Source: Microthyrium microscopicum (lineage: Eukaryota). From it: a stretch of 64,000 nt of DNA. The translations under genes were made by a program, and so were the position numbers. Location of the stretch: positions 1,804,070 through 1,868,069 of the forward strand of contig MU004236.1 in the NCBI GenBank assembly GCA_010405405.1. The letters run 5' to 3'. Within the stretch, counting starts at the first letter, position 1. Each line of letters begins with the position of its first letter. The notes under the pieces are model-generated. The model was given only the letters and a program-made list of their open reading frames with translations. It had not been told where the DNA came from and did no database searches. Shown here one piece after another: positions 37,060 through 51,500 of this stretch.

Positions 37060-38475
37060 TTATCTAACTATGAATGTTGTAAGGGGCCCACACATTACGC
37101 TTTTGGCCCGGAATTTGCTCAGCATCCAGTCGCTCATCTTAACAGGCGGTGGAGCGAATGACAGTTGTCTGTAATCATTTTCGCCAACCGAGTACAGCTC
37201 CCCTTCGTCAGTAAGGACCACGATGTGTGCCAATCCCAGTCCAAAATCAACGACTGTCACGTCCAACGGGAGCAAATTGACCGTATCCAGTTCATCCTCT
37301 ACCAGTTCTGACAGACGAAACTGAGATCCATCGTCTCTCGTGAGACCACTCATCTCTCCCCAAAGATACACATCTCCTCCCTCCCTACTTAAGGCACCAA
37401 ACAGGCATGTCTGTGCAACGATCTTTTTCATAGGAAGACCGTCCAAGTAATCAACAATATGTGGCTCTGACGCTCGTTTCTCCTCGGTAGGTATGCGTCC
37501 AAGGGCTTCTGGGCGTCGTGAATCGCCCCAGGTAAGTATGCGGCCAGACTCGGAAAGAAATGCGAATGCTGTTGAGCCTCCCACTAGGCTAGTGCCAGCA
37601 TCCTCAGTGATCTTTCTCGTGAGTACGGCCGCAACGTTGCCTTGGGTCCACCAGTCTTTGAAGCCTTGGAAGTTTGCGAATTGCAATATTTCCCATAACG
37701 TGTTTAGTTCCGGGGTCCGAGTCTCAAGAATGATGGCTATTTGATCGTTTCCTGCGACCGCGATGTGGCATTGCTAATGTTTCCATGGCTCGAGTGACGA
37801 TCAAGTGCGGTAATCAAAAGAAACTGTGTCTCTGAGAATACTAGAAGCTTTCCATCGCCATCTGTGGCTCCCAGAAGTGCTTGGTCTGTTCCAAAGAGAG
37901 ATGATAGAGGTCTTTTCCAGGCGAGGTTCGTTTCCTCGCCGATGAGCACCTTGCTGGGCTGTCCCTCTGATGAGAGACCGTAATACAAGACCTCAGAGTC
38001 GTATCTGACTAGTTTCAATTCAGTATTGGTCAAATGGAATGAGATGCAAAATGGAAGACTAGCGAATTGGCTTTGAGCACTCTACTTGACAGCTGTCTGG
38101 TGACAAATATGTGAGCCATGCAGGAGATGCTCCCGTCGAATGCGATGTCTGCTATACCTCTTCTTGAAGAGTGGGCACTTTAGGAGTATTCCTGCGAAAG
38201 ACTCACTTATCCTGACGCCAGAAAGTCGAACTCGATGAGAGCATCGCAGTGCCTGATTTCAGTTACTTACTAACTGTATATGCCCACTTTTGAAGCAAGA
38301 TTCGCAACTCTAGCGCATCCGACAACGTTACCACTGTAGGTTGACCCGAAATGCTCGTCTCTGGGTCATCTCCAGACGGCGTTACCTCGCCAGTGATTTG
38401 CCCGTGGAGATTGAACCCGCAGCCCACTAAGCAAAGGCGTGAAGCTGGTGGTTGAACTGAGATCTCGAGGTCCAT
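37060..38475 (-). CDS. RCC1/BLIP-II repeat protein (multi-exon)
   Basis: GCGFNLHGQI near the N-terminus; GRILTWGD, ALSREGGDVYLWG, FGLGLAHIVVLTDEGELYSVGENDYRQL and VMCGPLTTF. Internal exon structure is uncertain. Confidence 0.8.
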
Positions 38476-38593
38476 GGTGGGGTGTTTTGGAATTGAGAAT
38501 GGATGGAAATGAAATTGCAACCTCGACCAAAACTAACAAGTCCTCGACATCTTGGATGCCCGAGGATTAGGATGGTATTTGTCTTCAGAGCCC

Positions 38594-39258
38594 ATGACGC
38601 TCCAGGGCGGTTGCCTTTGTAGAGCAATCAGGTAGTCCATCGCTCTTCCCGCTGCTCCATGACGGGCAGTTTATCCAACTGCAAAACCCATTCCCGTCAA
38701 GACTGGCTCCCGAGATATTGAATACAACCAATCGAAACTGCCAATTAAGAAATTGAACATTGCACCTCCTGTCGACTAGCTACTGGCTCTATCAATCAGG
38801 CATGGCTCGTGTGCCCCAAGAACTGAGTGTCATGGCAATTGGTTTCAAGAACCGGACTAGTCCATCAGCCCAGAGTATCAGAATACAAGCAATTCAGCAC
38901 CTCAGACGTCGTCGAACCCTCCCAAGATATGCTGGAGAAAACATATCTATCGCATTTTGTCCCATCGACGGATGTGCACCGCGGTTTCTGTGGAAAATGT
39001 GGATCATCGCTTACATATTGCTATACTGGATCAAAACCCGGATGGTCATTGTTAGAGCGCAACTTCAATGTCTCTCTTGGTACAATGGGTCGAGGCTGTT
39101 CGGAAGCCGTACAGCCTGAACGACATGGTTGGTGGACTGATGGAATTGGCTAAATCAAGTCAATGTTTCGCCCCGGCTACAATGAGAGCACTGGTAGTGC
39201 TGAAATTATAGGTAGTTATGCACGCTACAGGTTCTTTCAGTTCTGTCATGACCAATGA
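38594..39258 (+). pseudogene. GFA/Mss4-like (glutathione-dependent formaldehyde-activating family) pseudogene
   Basis: MTLQGGCLCRAIR | intron | Y*IQPIETAN*EIEHCTSCRLATGSINQAWLVCPKN*VSW...VHRGFCGKCGSSLTY...VSLGTM...PERHGWWTDGIG*IK. GFA Cys motifs lie in one frame, broken by stops at 38719, 38746, 38824 and 39151. Confidence 0.72.
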
Positions 39259-42200
39259 AGGAATTTGAGCGATGTTGCCATGAAAGTGTTGTAATGTCTG
39301 CTTCGATCTATCTCCCAAGTCCCTGATGATTAGTACATTCCAGTCCATAAATGCTTCCACGAGAGCAATCTTTTGAAATAGATGTTCCCTGAGTAGTTTG
39401 AAAAATCAATCAAGATGATGCCAAGCTCAAGTATCATTCCCAATATTGATCAATGATAAAATCTACAAAGAAGTAAGACTAAGCAAGTTTCTATCTTTAG
39501 CACCACCAAACTCCCGAGTCCCAACCCACTGATCAACCTGTCGTGCCTGTCATGCCGCAACGCAAAACCAAGATCCCACGCCACAGCCAAGGGCGAGACC
39601 TGAAAAGGCAAAAAGTCACGGTACTTACCACAAATATCTCCACGCTTCGCAGAACACACCAAACTCGAAAACGCCTCCAAGATGCGCCGTCAAGATCGAG
39701 TAAAACGCCCGCCAACGCCACATAATGCCCAAAGAAGAAGGTCCTAGCAACCATGCGTCGGTGTGCGCGATGCAGGCAAGGAAGGAAATATATGGATTAG
39801 ATCTTTGTACATACATCGACATCTAGATGCTAAATGGTGGGATAAGGAAGTCAGGCCGAAGGCGAACAGAGCACGTTGGTATTGGACTTGAGTGTAACGT
39901 GGAAGTCTTGGAAGGTCTTGGTATTAAGAAGAAATACTACCGCGGATGTGATATTGTTGGCAAGGCTGGCGCAGGTACGAGATTGTATCACTCGGGGAAG
40001 CGGATCGAGAGCCGGTGTTGTTGGAGTGGCAGCTGAGATATGGTTCGATTTGATTCGAGAAGTTGTTGTTGTTCCTGTTATTCTCTTTTCCTCTTGGTTA
40101 AACATTGAAGGAAAAAGAGTGAACATCATCATTCACAAATCACTACAAACCCTTCTTTCTTGATAAGACAGGAACAGTATTCTACAAGTTCCAAATCTTG
40201 ATTCTCCTTAAGAGAATTGGGATTGAAATATCGATCAAACCAACCAAACCACACAATCTCATCAATTACCATCGGAAACTTATAATCTCAAAGGATTCAC
40301 CAATTATCGGCATAAGATTGGCGATCGACGGCGCAGGCCCGGCTTGTTCACGGGACGGGTAGATCACTAGATTTTCGAGATCCCCTTTTTGTACCGATAT
40401 GTGTCAATTCGTTATACATCAGAAAGTCCATATGCGAACCCCACAAAAGGAACAGAAAAAAGGAACGATGTATGCATCATTGGACTACGGTAACTGACAT
40501 TTACGGCTCATGGGGGCGGGTAGGAGGTGGCGTGGCTGGCTGGCTGTTAGATCGAGAAATTGATGGCGGCCAGAACTTGCGCATGAATTGTGCAGGTTGG
40601 GCGGATAGAGAAACGGATGCACTCTCAGCCTTACGGCAGGTTGTGAGCGAGAAGAGGGAATTGAGCACTGAATGTGGAATAATTTAGCGATTCTTGTGCA
40701 GCTCAATCGCGATGCGAAAAGAGTTATTGAGCATGAGGTGCGTTTTGACGCCATTAGGTACAGCAACATTGTCTCAACTCTCAAATCTCTTGTAACCTCA
40801 ACACCAGATTTCATATCGCGTATTACGATATACTCAATGCAAAAAAGAGATAAGCAATGGGCGCAACAATAATACGATGAGATCTACAACAAACATGCTC
40901 GAGCGGGACTTTGCCCCAACCTTTTGAGCAATTTCATGATAGACGCATCAAAGTCTAAAGAGAGAATTTGAGATATTCTGACAAGCGTTAACAGTCAAAG
41001 CAAGGCAGTTGGGCTGACTACTTGAAAAGAGCCGCTTGAGCTACGTGATGATCGTCGCTATGAGCAATGGTTTCAAGTCATCAAAAGCGCAATCTACAGC
41101 TCGGAAGGCACTCCGACAGCAGTTTCACCAGACATCAAAAGTGACGGAATTTTTAAACACCAATGTAGGCTCCGGGCGCTAGCCTGCTAGTTCGATCAAC
41201 TGGAGGAGAATTTTGACATCTAGACATCTAAAGGCTGAACGGGGAAGCTCGCTGCTCGCTATTCATGACATGGCGAGGCTGAAATGATGTGCCGGGAATG
41301 AGATCTGGATCTGATATATCGGGTTTAAACTCGCCCACAAGTTACAACCACGTACTTCTCCACATTCTCTTTGCGAGTCACAACCTACAAAGAGACAGTG
41401 GGGAAACGTGTGCAAAAAGACTAGTCCGCGGAACATGGGTAGGCCATGAAGTGTATCGTGAGAATAAAAAAAATGCTTCCAGATGTGCGGGTTCTACATG
41501 GATTAAATGTTTTATGCATTGTGAATGACTACGATGCCAGTCGCGCTGGGGCCAGGCCAAGATCAGGCCAAAATTAGTATGGGGGATCGCCCACGATTAA
41601 AGTATCTCAAAGTGGCGAAGGGGGACTATCGCAGGAGTCGGATCCGAGTGCGAAAGGAAGTGAGGAAGTGACTGGATAGGAATGTAGCAAATTGTTTCGT
41701 GGGAGGTTGAGATATGTGCGCTTTGGACATATCTTGGCAATTTAGAACACGAAGTTGAGATACTTGTATATCTTTAGATTGATTGGGCATAAGATACTGT
41801 AGGATACGGAGGTACCGATGTAGTCAAGATGTTAAACAATATCTCGATAGAATAGGTTTGCGAGTATTAGTAGAATGTGAGATATAAAAGTGTATTTAAC
41901 GAAGATTTCTTGCAAGTCAGGCTTGAAAACTGACTCTGTAGAGCTGACAATTTGATTGAGAAATAGAATATATAATAACAAAAATACTCTGGTAGATTCA
42001 TGAATTGTTTAATCCAAAGCACAGGTACCGAAAAATATTGGCGGTACCCCCAACCCATCGTCACATTCTGTCTCCATCGAGTACACAGAAAAGAACTTGA
42101 TTATGATGGATCATAGAAAGTATGTCCTTATAGTGCGGTGGGAGACATCGCACTCGATCTTGTCATAGCGAATCAATATCAAAATGCGCCAAAGAAACGT

Positions 42201-45200
42201 TGGAAGCCCACGTGAGACAAGAATAGCAGGCGTTATCGAAGACTAGCAGGATTGGCAGGCACGCAGGGCAAAACAACACTGAACAGGCAGGGGCGTTGGG
42301 GGAAGACTGTGAGAGTGAGACTGCAAGTGGAAGTGGAAGTCGCGCCCTGCCCTGGTCACAGCTGCAGCGTGGGGAAGTCGCGATAAGAGCCCACAGGCCC
42401 ACGTTGTCCAAAAATCTACCAGATCACCCAACTCCATCTCTCTCCTGTAACATCAAAGATGCTGCTGTATAACCAACCCACCCGCACAGCGCACAAGAAA
42501 GCCTCGATGGCCAATTGCAAGTTTGATATTGGCCTTCAAGATTTATTCAAACCACATTCGATGGTAGGAATATAGCATCGAGTGGTTGATAAGGCATTAT
42601 GCGAAGCTGAATATATCAAGGTCACTTATTCAGCATTTCTGCATTTGAAAAAGTAACGCACTTTCTAACAATGGTAATAGTATTCAGTAAATGGTATAAT
42701 CCATGTGTCAGTCCCGCTGCCCTAAATCGCCCGGAATGTGTCATTCCAATTACTTGCATCCCACGCCTCCCAAACAGGGCCAGCGAACCTCAGGAAGCAC
42801 AGCAGCTGTTGAAAGCCCAACTCCAACTTCAGCTATTCTCCAGCCAAACAACAGGTATCACAAGAATACAAGTCGTAAGCACTTCTTATGTTTCTTCTTT
42901 CTCCATGATATTCAAGTCTGTATCGAATAGGGCCGACAAGCGAACTGCAACAGGGCCCAGGCTACCTAGTCTGTTATGCTCACCAAGCCACAGCCGGTGA
43001 TGCCGTTGGCGTGCAGTTGACTTTACTCGGATTCTCATTGGCCAGCAAGTTTAGGACCCCCATTGCTTAAACCTCTTGTTGCACCTGGTTCCCTTAGCTG
43101 TCACCTGCTGGGCCCTGCCCCCCTTCATATCCCTAACTTGAGTAACTTCCCACGGCTTTATCGCTGTGCCTGGTTATATTTCACGATGTTTCTGCCTCCA
43201 TGAATGATGACAGTGCAACCCATATCAAAAACGTTATCTTGGCAATCTGTCGATGCGGGCGCCTTGGCATTTGATCCAGTAGCAACTCGCCTTCTGTCCA
43301 CCATATCGTGAACTTGCTGTATCGGTGAAACAATGCCTATCTGCTCTATCAATGCTCGAGGTCCACTCGAACAAGACTTTGTGACCGGGCGGATTTGGTT
43401 GTGCTTGGGAGCTATGATGTATTCCCCGGCTTATGATAGAGTCTTTTGGACAAACGTGAACTCAACGATCCCCTGCCATCCCGCACACATCGTTGTACTT
43501 GTTGGGGTTGAGCAGGACGTGGGTTGTCAAAACTGTACTTACTACCGTGCCTACAACGCTTTTCCCACTGTTCTTTTTCCACTCTCACGCATTCGCTCGG
43601 CGTTCATTGCAGACCAGGAACCGCCAGGTACATTTTGATATTCCAAGCTTTTTTGCTTATCCTAGTTCGACGCCACCCTGTCCAACAGAGCTTGTTCAGG
43701 TTCTGGTCTGGAGTCTGGCCCCCTTTGACACTTGCCCAGCTGCATTTGTGTCCTTTTTTCCAATCTTGTTCGAGAACCGCCGCGTTTATCCCCAATTATC
43801 CTCAAATTCATATCATCCCTTCACTATCCCTTACAAACCACGATTCCGCGTTGTGGATTAAGCTGCAAACTAGCACCATACCTGCACCAACGCGCTCACA
43901 CTTACCGTAAGAAAGTAGTGAAATAAGTAATATAAAGACTACTTAAGCCTTATAATTTTAGGTAGCGTTATAAGGGGCATTAAAAATATAGGGCTAGTAA
44001 AATAGGTAGTATCTATTTTTAATGCCCCTTTAGTATCTAGATATTATTACTAAGTAAGCTATTTTATCGTTTTTAAAGCTAATCTAAACTAATTTAAGTA
44101 GAATATTATTATTATAATAGTAGGAGTAGATTTTATAATTAGGCTAAAGCTATAGAAAGATATTTATATATAGATTTTATAGTAGAATTCTATATTATTC
44201 TTTATACTAATTAATATCCTTAAAACCTAATTCTTTTAACTCTAAATTAATTAAATATTAGGAATTTAACTATTACTATACTAAAAGTACTAAAGAAAGC
44301 ATACTAAGACTATTAGCCTTTTACTAAATTAGACCTAAATATTATAAGATTAAACTTTAATTAACCTTCTAGGGCTAAATTATATACTAAAAAGTATAAA
44401 TTACTTTTATTAAGGAAATAGTATACTAAATAGGCTAAAATAAAGTCCTAAAATTATTCTTTTATTAAATACTAACTAGAAATAGTTAAGTAAATAATAT
44501 AATAATATATTCTACTTAAATAGGGTAAATAATAGTATAAACTATCTAATAGTATAAAATAGAGTAAATATCTTAATACTTATTATTAATAGCGTTCTAT
44601 AAGATATAGTAATACTACTAAATTCTTTACTAAATCTTATTTAATAGTATTAAGATAATAGAATTAGTAAGTAGCTTTATAGATTACTAATAATTAAGCT
44701 TATTAAGTTTTTAACCCTAAAAAGTACCTTAAGCACTATTTTAGGCTTAAAGATACTATTTATATTTAGTATTATAAATAAAGAAAATAAAAAAAGTTTA
44801 TTAGTACTTATTAATTACTTTATTATATAAATAACGTATAGTAGTATATTTATACTACTAAGATTACTTATAGTAAGTTTCTAAAAGAGTATAAATTAAT
44901 AAAGGGCTAGCTTTAAAGATTCTTATATTACTAAAGGATTAGTTAAAGAAAGGCTACTTATATTACTTAAGAATTATTATTATTATAAGTAGAATAGTAC
45001 TAAGAATTTATTACTTATATAAAGCTTACTATCTATAGAGCTATTAGACTTACTAGTAGTAAAAGAAGAAATATTAATAGTATCTTAGATAAAGAATTAG
45101 AAGTAATAATATAGCTCTATTAAATAGTTAATATAGATAAGATACTAATACCTTTTTATAACTTTAGTAGTTATACTTTAGTAGATATAGGCTTTAAGAC

Positions 45201-45256
45201 TATTACTATTTATACTTATAAAGATAAAGATAAGAAGTATTAGATAATAATAATTC

Positions 45257-45574
45257 TATCACGGACCCCTACAGACTCGCTATAGAAGTATAGGCATCCT
45301 ACTACCTCCTTATTCTCTCTACTCTTATAGTACGCTATAAGAAGACTCTTTGCTAACGAATTGCTAAGTTAACGTAGATAGTGCCTACTCTCTACTATAA
45401 TAGGATAAAGCTAAATAGAGCTAAGAATAAAAAGAAGAGGTAGTCTTATTAAAGAGGAAATAGAGAGGAGTATAAGTAAAGAAGTAGACTTAATCTCTAG
45501 AGAGATTAAGTATTAGTCTTATCTTAATACTAGTTCTTAGAATCTATTTCCCTTACTTTAAACTATCTTTTATA
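45257..45574 (+). repeat. 5' LTR
   Basis: Begins TATCACGGACCCC (probably RIP-mutated TGTCACGG) and ends TTTTATA. Collinear with 53707-54024. Confidence 0.92.
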
Positions 45575-48500
45575 ATTCTAATACTTCTTAACGTACTATA
45601 TAGTAGTAAGCTTAATAGATTCTTATAATAACGAAAGGTATAAGAAACTCTAATAGAGGCTAAAATAGAGGTAAAGATAAAGATAAAGACCTAGATAATA
45701 ACTTAGATAATAACTTAGATAATAACTTAAGTTAATATAATAGCTTACTACTACTAATAGACCTAGAAGCTACTTTAGCTATCCTTTATATAGTAATAGC
45801 TTAAATTAATAAATAAGAATAGGTATACGTAGCTAAGACGTAATAGCTTTATAATAAGATTATAGCCTTATTGTAGGCCTCCTAATAGAATCCTTTTCCT
45901 CCTTCTTAACTAAGAGAACTAAAACCTACTAACCTTATGGTCCTTTAATATAAGACTTAATAAGAACTTATTAACTAAACCGTAAGAGTAGAAAACGCTT
46001 TCTATTTAGTACTCTCTTAATTTACTATATAAGAAAGCTATATTAAATAAGTTAGTTAGTTTATAAGTCCTAACCTATAAACTTAATAGAACCTAAAGAA
46101 GAAGAAAATTAAGCTACTAATTTAGACTTAGGAGAAGTTTATAGAATAGTTCTAATATTAATATGCTTATTTTATTATAGCTAAACTTTTAGTTACTAAG
46201 AAACTTAAAGAAGCTAAGTAGCGTTCTACCTAGACTCTTATAAAGTTTAATGCCTACTTAGACTTACTAAAGACCTAACTTAGTATTAATATAATTTATA
46301 AAGAAGATAAATAATACTTAAAATTCCTTATTAAGCTAACCCTAAAACTATAGAAATAAATTAAATTAATAGAGTATATTCTAATTACTAAATTAGACAT
46401 AGTTAATACTACTAAACGCTTTTAGTAAATTACTTATAAGCGCTTATAAGAAGACTTATTAAGTAACGTTAATCCTTAACCCTTATAATTAAATTATAAT
46501 CTATAAGGTAGCTAAGATAAATAATAGGAACGTAAAAGTTGCGTAGAGTATATACTATTAACTTACCTACTAGTAAGTATAAAGCCTAGAAAAGATAGTA
46601 AGACGTATAAGGGAATTACCTATTATAATTATAACCTATTTAGATATTATATAAATAAGTATAATAAGCCTCTAAGAGGCCCTTAAGCTATCTAAGAGTA
46701 AGGAAATTTTTTAGGATATAGAGGCTAGAGGAGGAACCTAAATACTATCCTTCTCTCATTAGAATTTAGAATTAACCTAAGAAAAGAGTAAGTATTATAA
46801 GGATTAAGAACCCTATCCTTATAATACTAGATTAGATTATAGAGGCATAAATTTAGATAATAGCTAACCTTCTTCTTATTATAGAAGACTAATCTATAAA
46901 CGTCCTTTTAGATACTAGTAGTTAAATTAATATTATTAATAAATAACTTACATAACGCTATAGCCTTAAGAAAGTAACTATAGAAAGTATCTAAGCTATA
47001 GGTTTTACTAATAATATAATAGGAAATAAATATTATAGTACATATTAGCTACGTTTTTATTATAAGAACTCCTTTAGTATCTATAAGGACGTTAAATACT
47101 ATTTCTTCTCTTTTAATTAGACTAAATATACTTACCTTATAGTATAGGGAACCTTCTTATAAGAGAAATATAATATCTTTATCTACTTAGAGCAGAAGAA
47201 GTAGCTATTTAAGAAAGAAAAGCTAAAATATAAGATTATAGACTAAAGTATATTTAAGAAAGGGCTATAAGAATATAGTAAGGTATTTAAACTAACTATA
47301 AAATTTAATAAGTACCTATACTTAAATAGTAGGAAAGTAGAGATTTCTAATATTAGCTTTAAGCTAAGCTTATAGGTAAATATTAATCTAAAGAATAGAC
47401 TACTATAAGAGCTATAGAATTTAGCCTCTTAAGTTAAGGCTAGAAATAAGAAGGAACCTATCCTTAAAGGTATTAAATATACTATTAAGATAACTATAGA
47501 CCCTCCTTTTAGACCTATCTATAACTTATTAGTAATAAAACTTAAGGTACTATAAGAATATCTTAAGTTAGCCCTTATAAAAGGCTAGATCTAGGAATTA
47601 ATTAGCCTAGCTAGAGTACTTATACTCTTTATACTTAAGAAGAATAAAGGATTATAACTTTATATAGATTACTACCTATTTAACGTAGTTACTATTAAGA
47701 ACTATTACTTACTCTCTTTAATAAGCAAAATATTAGATTAACTTAGTAGAGTAGTATACTATACTAAGATAAACCTTAAAAATACTTATACCTAGATACT
47801 TATTAGAGAATAAGATTAATAGAAGATAGCATTCTATACCTAATATAAATACTATAAATACTAAGTTATACCTTTTAGACTTACTAACGCCCTAGCTACG
47901 TTCTAAGCCTATATTTATAAAGTATTAGTAGAACTCTTAGATATTATCTATATTATCTACCTTAATAACATCTTTATCTTCTCTAAAATATATAAGGATT
48001 ATATTTATAACGTACGTATTATATTAAAATACCTACTAGCCGCTAAGCTTTATACTAACTCTAAGAAGTGCTAATTCTTTACTAATAAGGTAGAATTCCT
48101 TAGTTTTATAGTCTTTATAAAAGAAGTAAAAATAGATCTTAGTTAAGTTAAGTTTATTATAAAATAGCTAGAGCCTAAGAGCTATAATAATATATAAGTA
48201 TTTATTAGCTTTATAAATTTCTATCGTAGGTTTATTAAAGGCTACTTAAAGGTAGCAAAACCCTTAACTAACTTGCTTAAGGGTATATAACTTAGAAAGA
48301 AATATAAACCTTTTATCTAGATAAAGAAAGTAATATAAGCATTTTATACGCTTTATATAGCCTTTAATAAAGTTTCTATTCTTATATATTTTAATCTAAA
48401 GAAGAGGATCTACCTTAAAACTAATACGTTCTAATATATTATTATAAATATCCTTTCCTAGCTATAGAAAGATAGCTAATAGTATCCTATTACTTTCTAA

Positions 48501-51500
48501 TTAAGAAAATTAATAGAGGCTAAGATTAACTATTAAACCTATAACTAGGAGCTCTTTACTATTATTAAAGCTATAGAATATTAGTAATATTACCTTAAGG
48601 ATAGTTACTACCCTATTAAGATTCTAACTAACTATAATAACCTAGTAAGATTTATAAAATAGAAGAACTTAAATAAGCGCTAAGCGTACTAGGCAATTAT
48701 ATTAGTAAAGTATAATTTCTATATTAAGTATTAAAGTAGAAAGATAAATCCTATAGATATGTCGTTAAGACGACTTAACTATACTACTATAGAATAGGCT
48801 ATAAATAACTTGCTACCTACTCTTTAAAAGAAGCTAGGACTCCTCTTAAAGAAAGAATAGAAAAAGCTAGTCTTTATAAATAGTCTTAAGTTAATAAAGC
48901 AACTTATTAGTAAGATACTAATAATAAATAAGCATAACTTTATAAATAAGATATTTAATATTAAGTACTACTTAGTACTAAACGTATTAAGAATAGGTAA
49001 AATACCTTATAAGTAAATAAGTAGCTAAGATACTATAAGTAAGGAAAGTAAAGACTTTCTTAGCTCCTAAAAAGTAGTTACTATTCTAGACTACGTCTAT
49101 ATTCTAAGAACTATAATAAGAGAAGCAATATAAGACCTATATATTATAGATAAAGAAGCTCTAAACGCGCTAATTACTTTAGTCTAAGTTACTTAAGATA
49201 GCAATAAGGAACTTAGGCGTATCTAAGAAGTACTTAATACGTAGCTAGAGTCTAAAGAGACCTAATAGCTAAAGAATACTTAGTTAGTCTAAAGAGACTA
49301 CCTCTACTATAAGGGCTAACTATATATACCTTATAAGCCTACCTTAAGAAACGAACTCTTAATAATATACTATAATAACTTACTAACGAAATATCTAAAG
49401 GTTTAAGGCACTATAAAACTACTTTATAAATAGTTTTACTAGCTAAAGATAAAAGAGGACGTATAGGTATATATAAAGACTTGCCTAGTTTACTAAAGAA
49501 TAAAAGTAAGATAATATTAACTTTATAGTAAGTTAAAGTCTCTACCTTAACTAACTTAACTATAATAAGAAATTACTATAGACTTTATTATAGATTTACT
49601 ACCTTATAAACGTAAACTTATAACATTTAACGCTATATTAATAATTATAGATTAGTATACTAAATAAATAAGATATATTAAAACTATAAAAGATATAACT
49701 ACTAAAGAGCTAGTAGAACTTATAAAAAGAAGAGTTTTCTTAGAAAAAAGCCTACTAGTAAGTATTATATTAGATAGAGGATCTATCTTTATAAGTAAAT
49801 TTTAAACTAAATTATACTAGGCAAGAAAGGTAAAACGTAAGCTATCTATAGCCTAGTATCTATAAACTAATAACTAGACTAAGTAGTAAAACTTAGTATT
49901 AAGATATTACTTATAAGTCTTTACTACTAAAAATTAAATAAATTAGTTAAGCCTCCTACCTATAGCATAATAGGTAATAAATACGTCTTATAATAAGATA
50001 CTTAACTATACTCTAAATATAACTAAAATAAGATATAAACTAACCCTTTTAGTAGACCTCCTTATAAACCTTAAGAATAAGCTTAAAGAAGAGAGAAGTA
50101 AGGTAGTAATAGTAAAGTAAAGAGTAGTAAGAATAGAATAAGACTAAGAAAAGATAGTAGAACGCTAAGAAAAAGTAATAAAATACTAAGCTAAATTCTA
50201 TAATAAGAAGTATACCCTAATATTATTCTATATAGAAAATAAGGTCCTATTATTAATAGAGAATATTAAACTTAAACTACTAAGTAAGAAGCTAGCCCTT
50301 TATTATATAGGACTATTTAGTATCTAAGACGTAGTTAAAGAATAAGCCTACTAACTAAACCTCTTAATAGGCTACTAAATTTATAACGTCTTCTATATAT
50401 CTAAACTTAAGCTATATTATTAAAGAGAAGGTTAAGAAGAACTAGAGCTCTTTATAGCTATTAAGCTAAAAGATAAAGAAGAATAGAAGGTAAAAGCTAT
50501 CTTAAATAAAAGGAAATAGAAAGAGAAAGTTAAATACTTTATCTATTAGTAAAGCTATCTCCTAATCTATAACTCTTAAGAATAAGAAGAAGACTATAAG
50601 AATGCATAAGACTTAATTAAGGTTTTTAAAAAAGCTAGTAAACCTAAGTTTATTATTATAAAGAAAAGAAAAAGAAAAGAATAAAACTATAAAGAAAGGC
50701 GTTATAAGAGAGAGAAGATTTTTATATACTTTTTATTTACTATAGAAAAGTAACTAACTAGTAGAATAAAAAATAGAAAACTAAAAACAAAAATAGTAAA
50801 AATTATAGCTAAGTAAACTACTAGTAAGACGTAAACAAAACCTAAATAAAATTAAGGAGTCTTATAAGAGACTAGTAAGCTAATATTATAAAAAAAGGAC
50901 TCTCCTTTATAGAGATAGAAGGAGTAAACTACTAGTAAATATAATAAAAAATAAGAATTTTTTCTAAACGTTATAACTATAGATAGCAAGTTAATAAAAA
51001 GGCTAGTCCTAAAAAATATTAAGACTAGTAATTTACGCCTAAAGAAATAAATAAATATAGTATTTACGTAATTAAAACGCAACCTAATTACTAGACTCTA
51101 ACTCTATATATTAAAACGCTATAACTTTAAAAGTAAGCATTAGATACTATTAGTTACTCTAGAACTATTAAGAAAAGAGTACGTAATAAATATAGCTAAG
51201 GTAATTAGTACGCTATTAGTAGATAAGTAAGTAGATAAAGAAATATTATAGGTTATAGGTACTATAAGCGTAAGAAAAGGATAAAGATAGCTAGGATTAG
51301 TACTAATAGAATTAATACTACTATCTAGATTATAGTAAGTAGTTACTTTACTAATAATATAATGCTACTAAAATTAGTAGAAAAAATAGGCTATTTTATT
51401 AGTATATTAAGCCTAAGCCTAGGTAGCTAAAGAGGAGCTATAGAAGGGTAGTATAGTTTCTTTATTAAACTACTTAGTCTATATACTACTTATCTCCTTA

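Noticed and set aside
37737..37845. Frame change in the RCC1-like gene
   Set aside because: A 68-nt GTATTC...TTAG intron restores the frame (LL|QCHIAVAGND), so a frameshift is not required. The donor is weak and needs RNA-seq.
39400..41250. Short ORFs and a coding-looking stretch with stops (e.g. LRDDRRYEQWFQVIKS near 41040)
   Set aside because: Could be a decayed gene, but I cannot assign a family or a consistent model.
45691..45729. 12-bp tandem repeat (TAGATAATAACT x3)
   Set aside because: Low-complexity repeat inside the retroelement; no spacers, so not CRISPR-like.
50852..51082. 76-aa ORF within the RIP block
   Set aside because: Chance F/L/I/Y-rich ORF typical of AT-rich RIP DNA.
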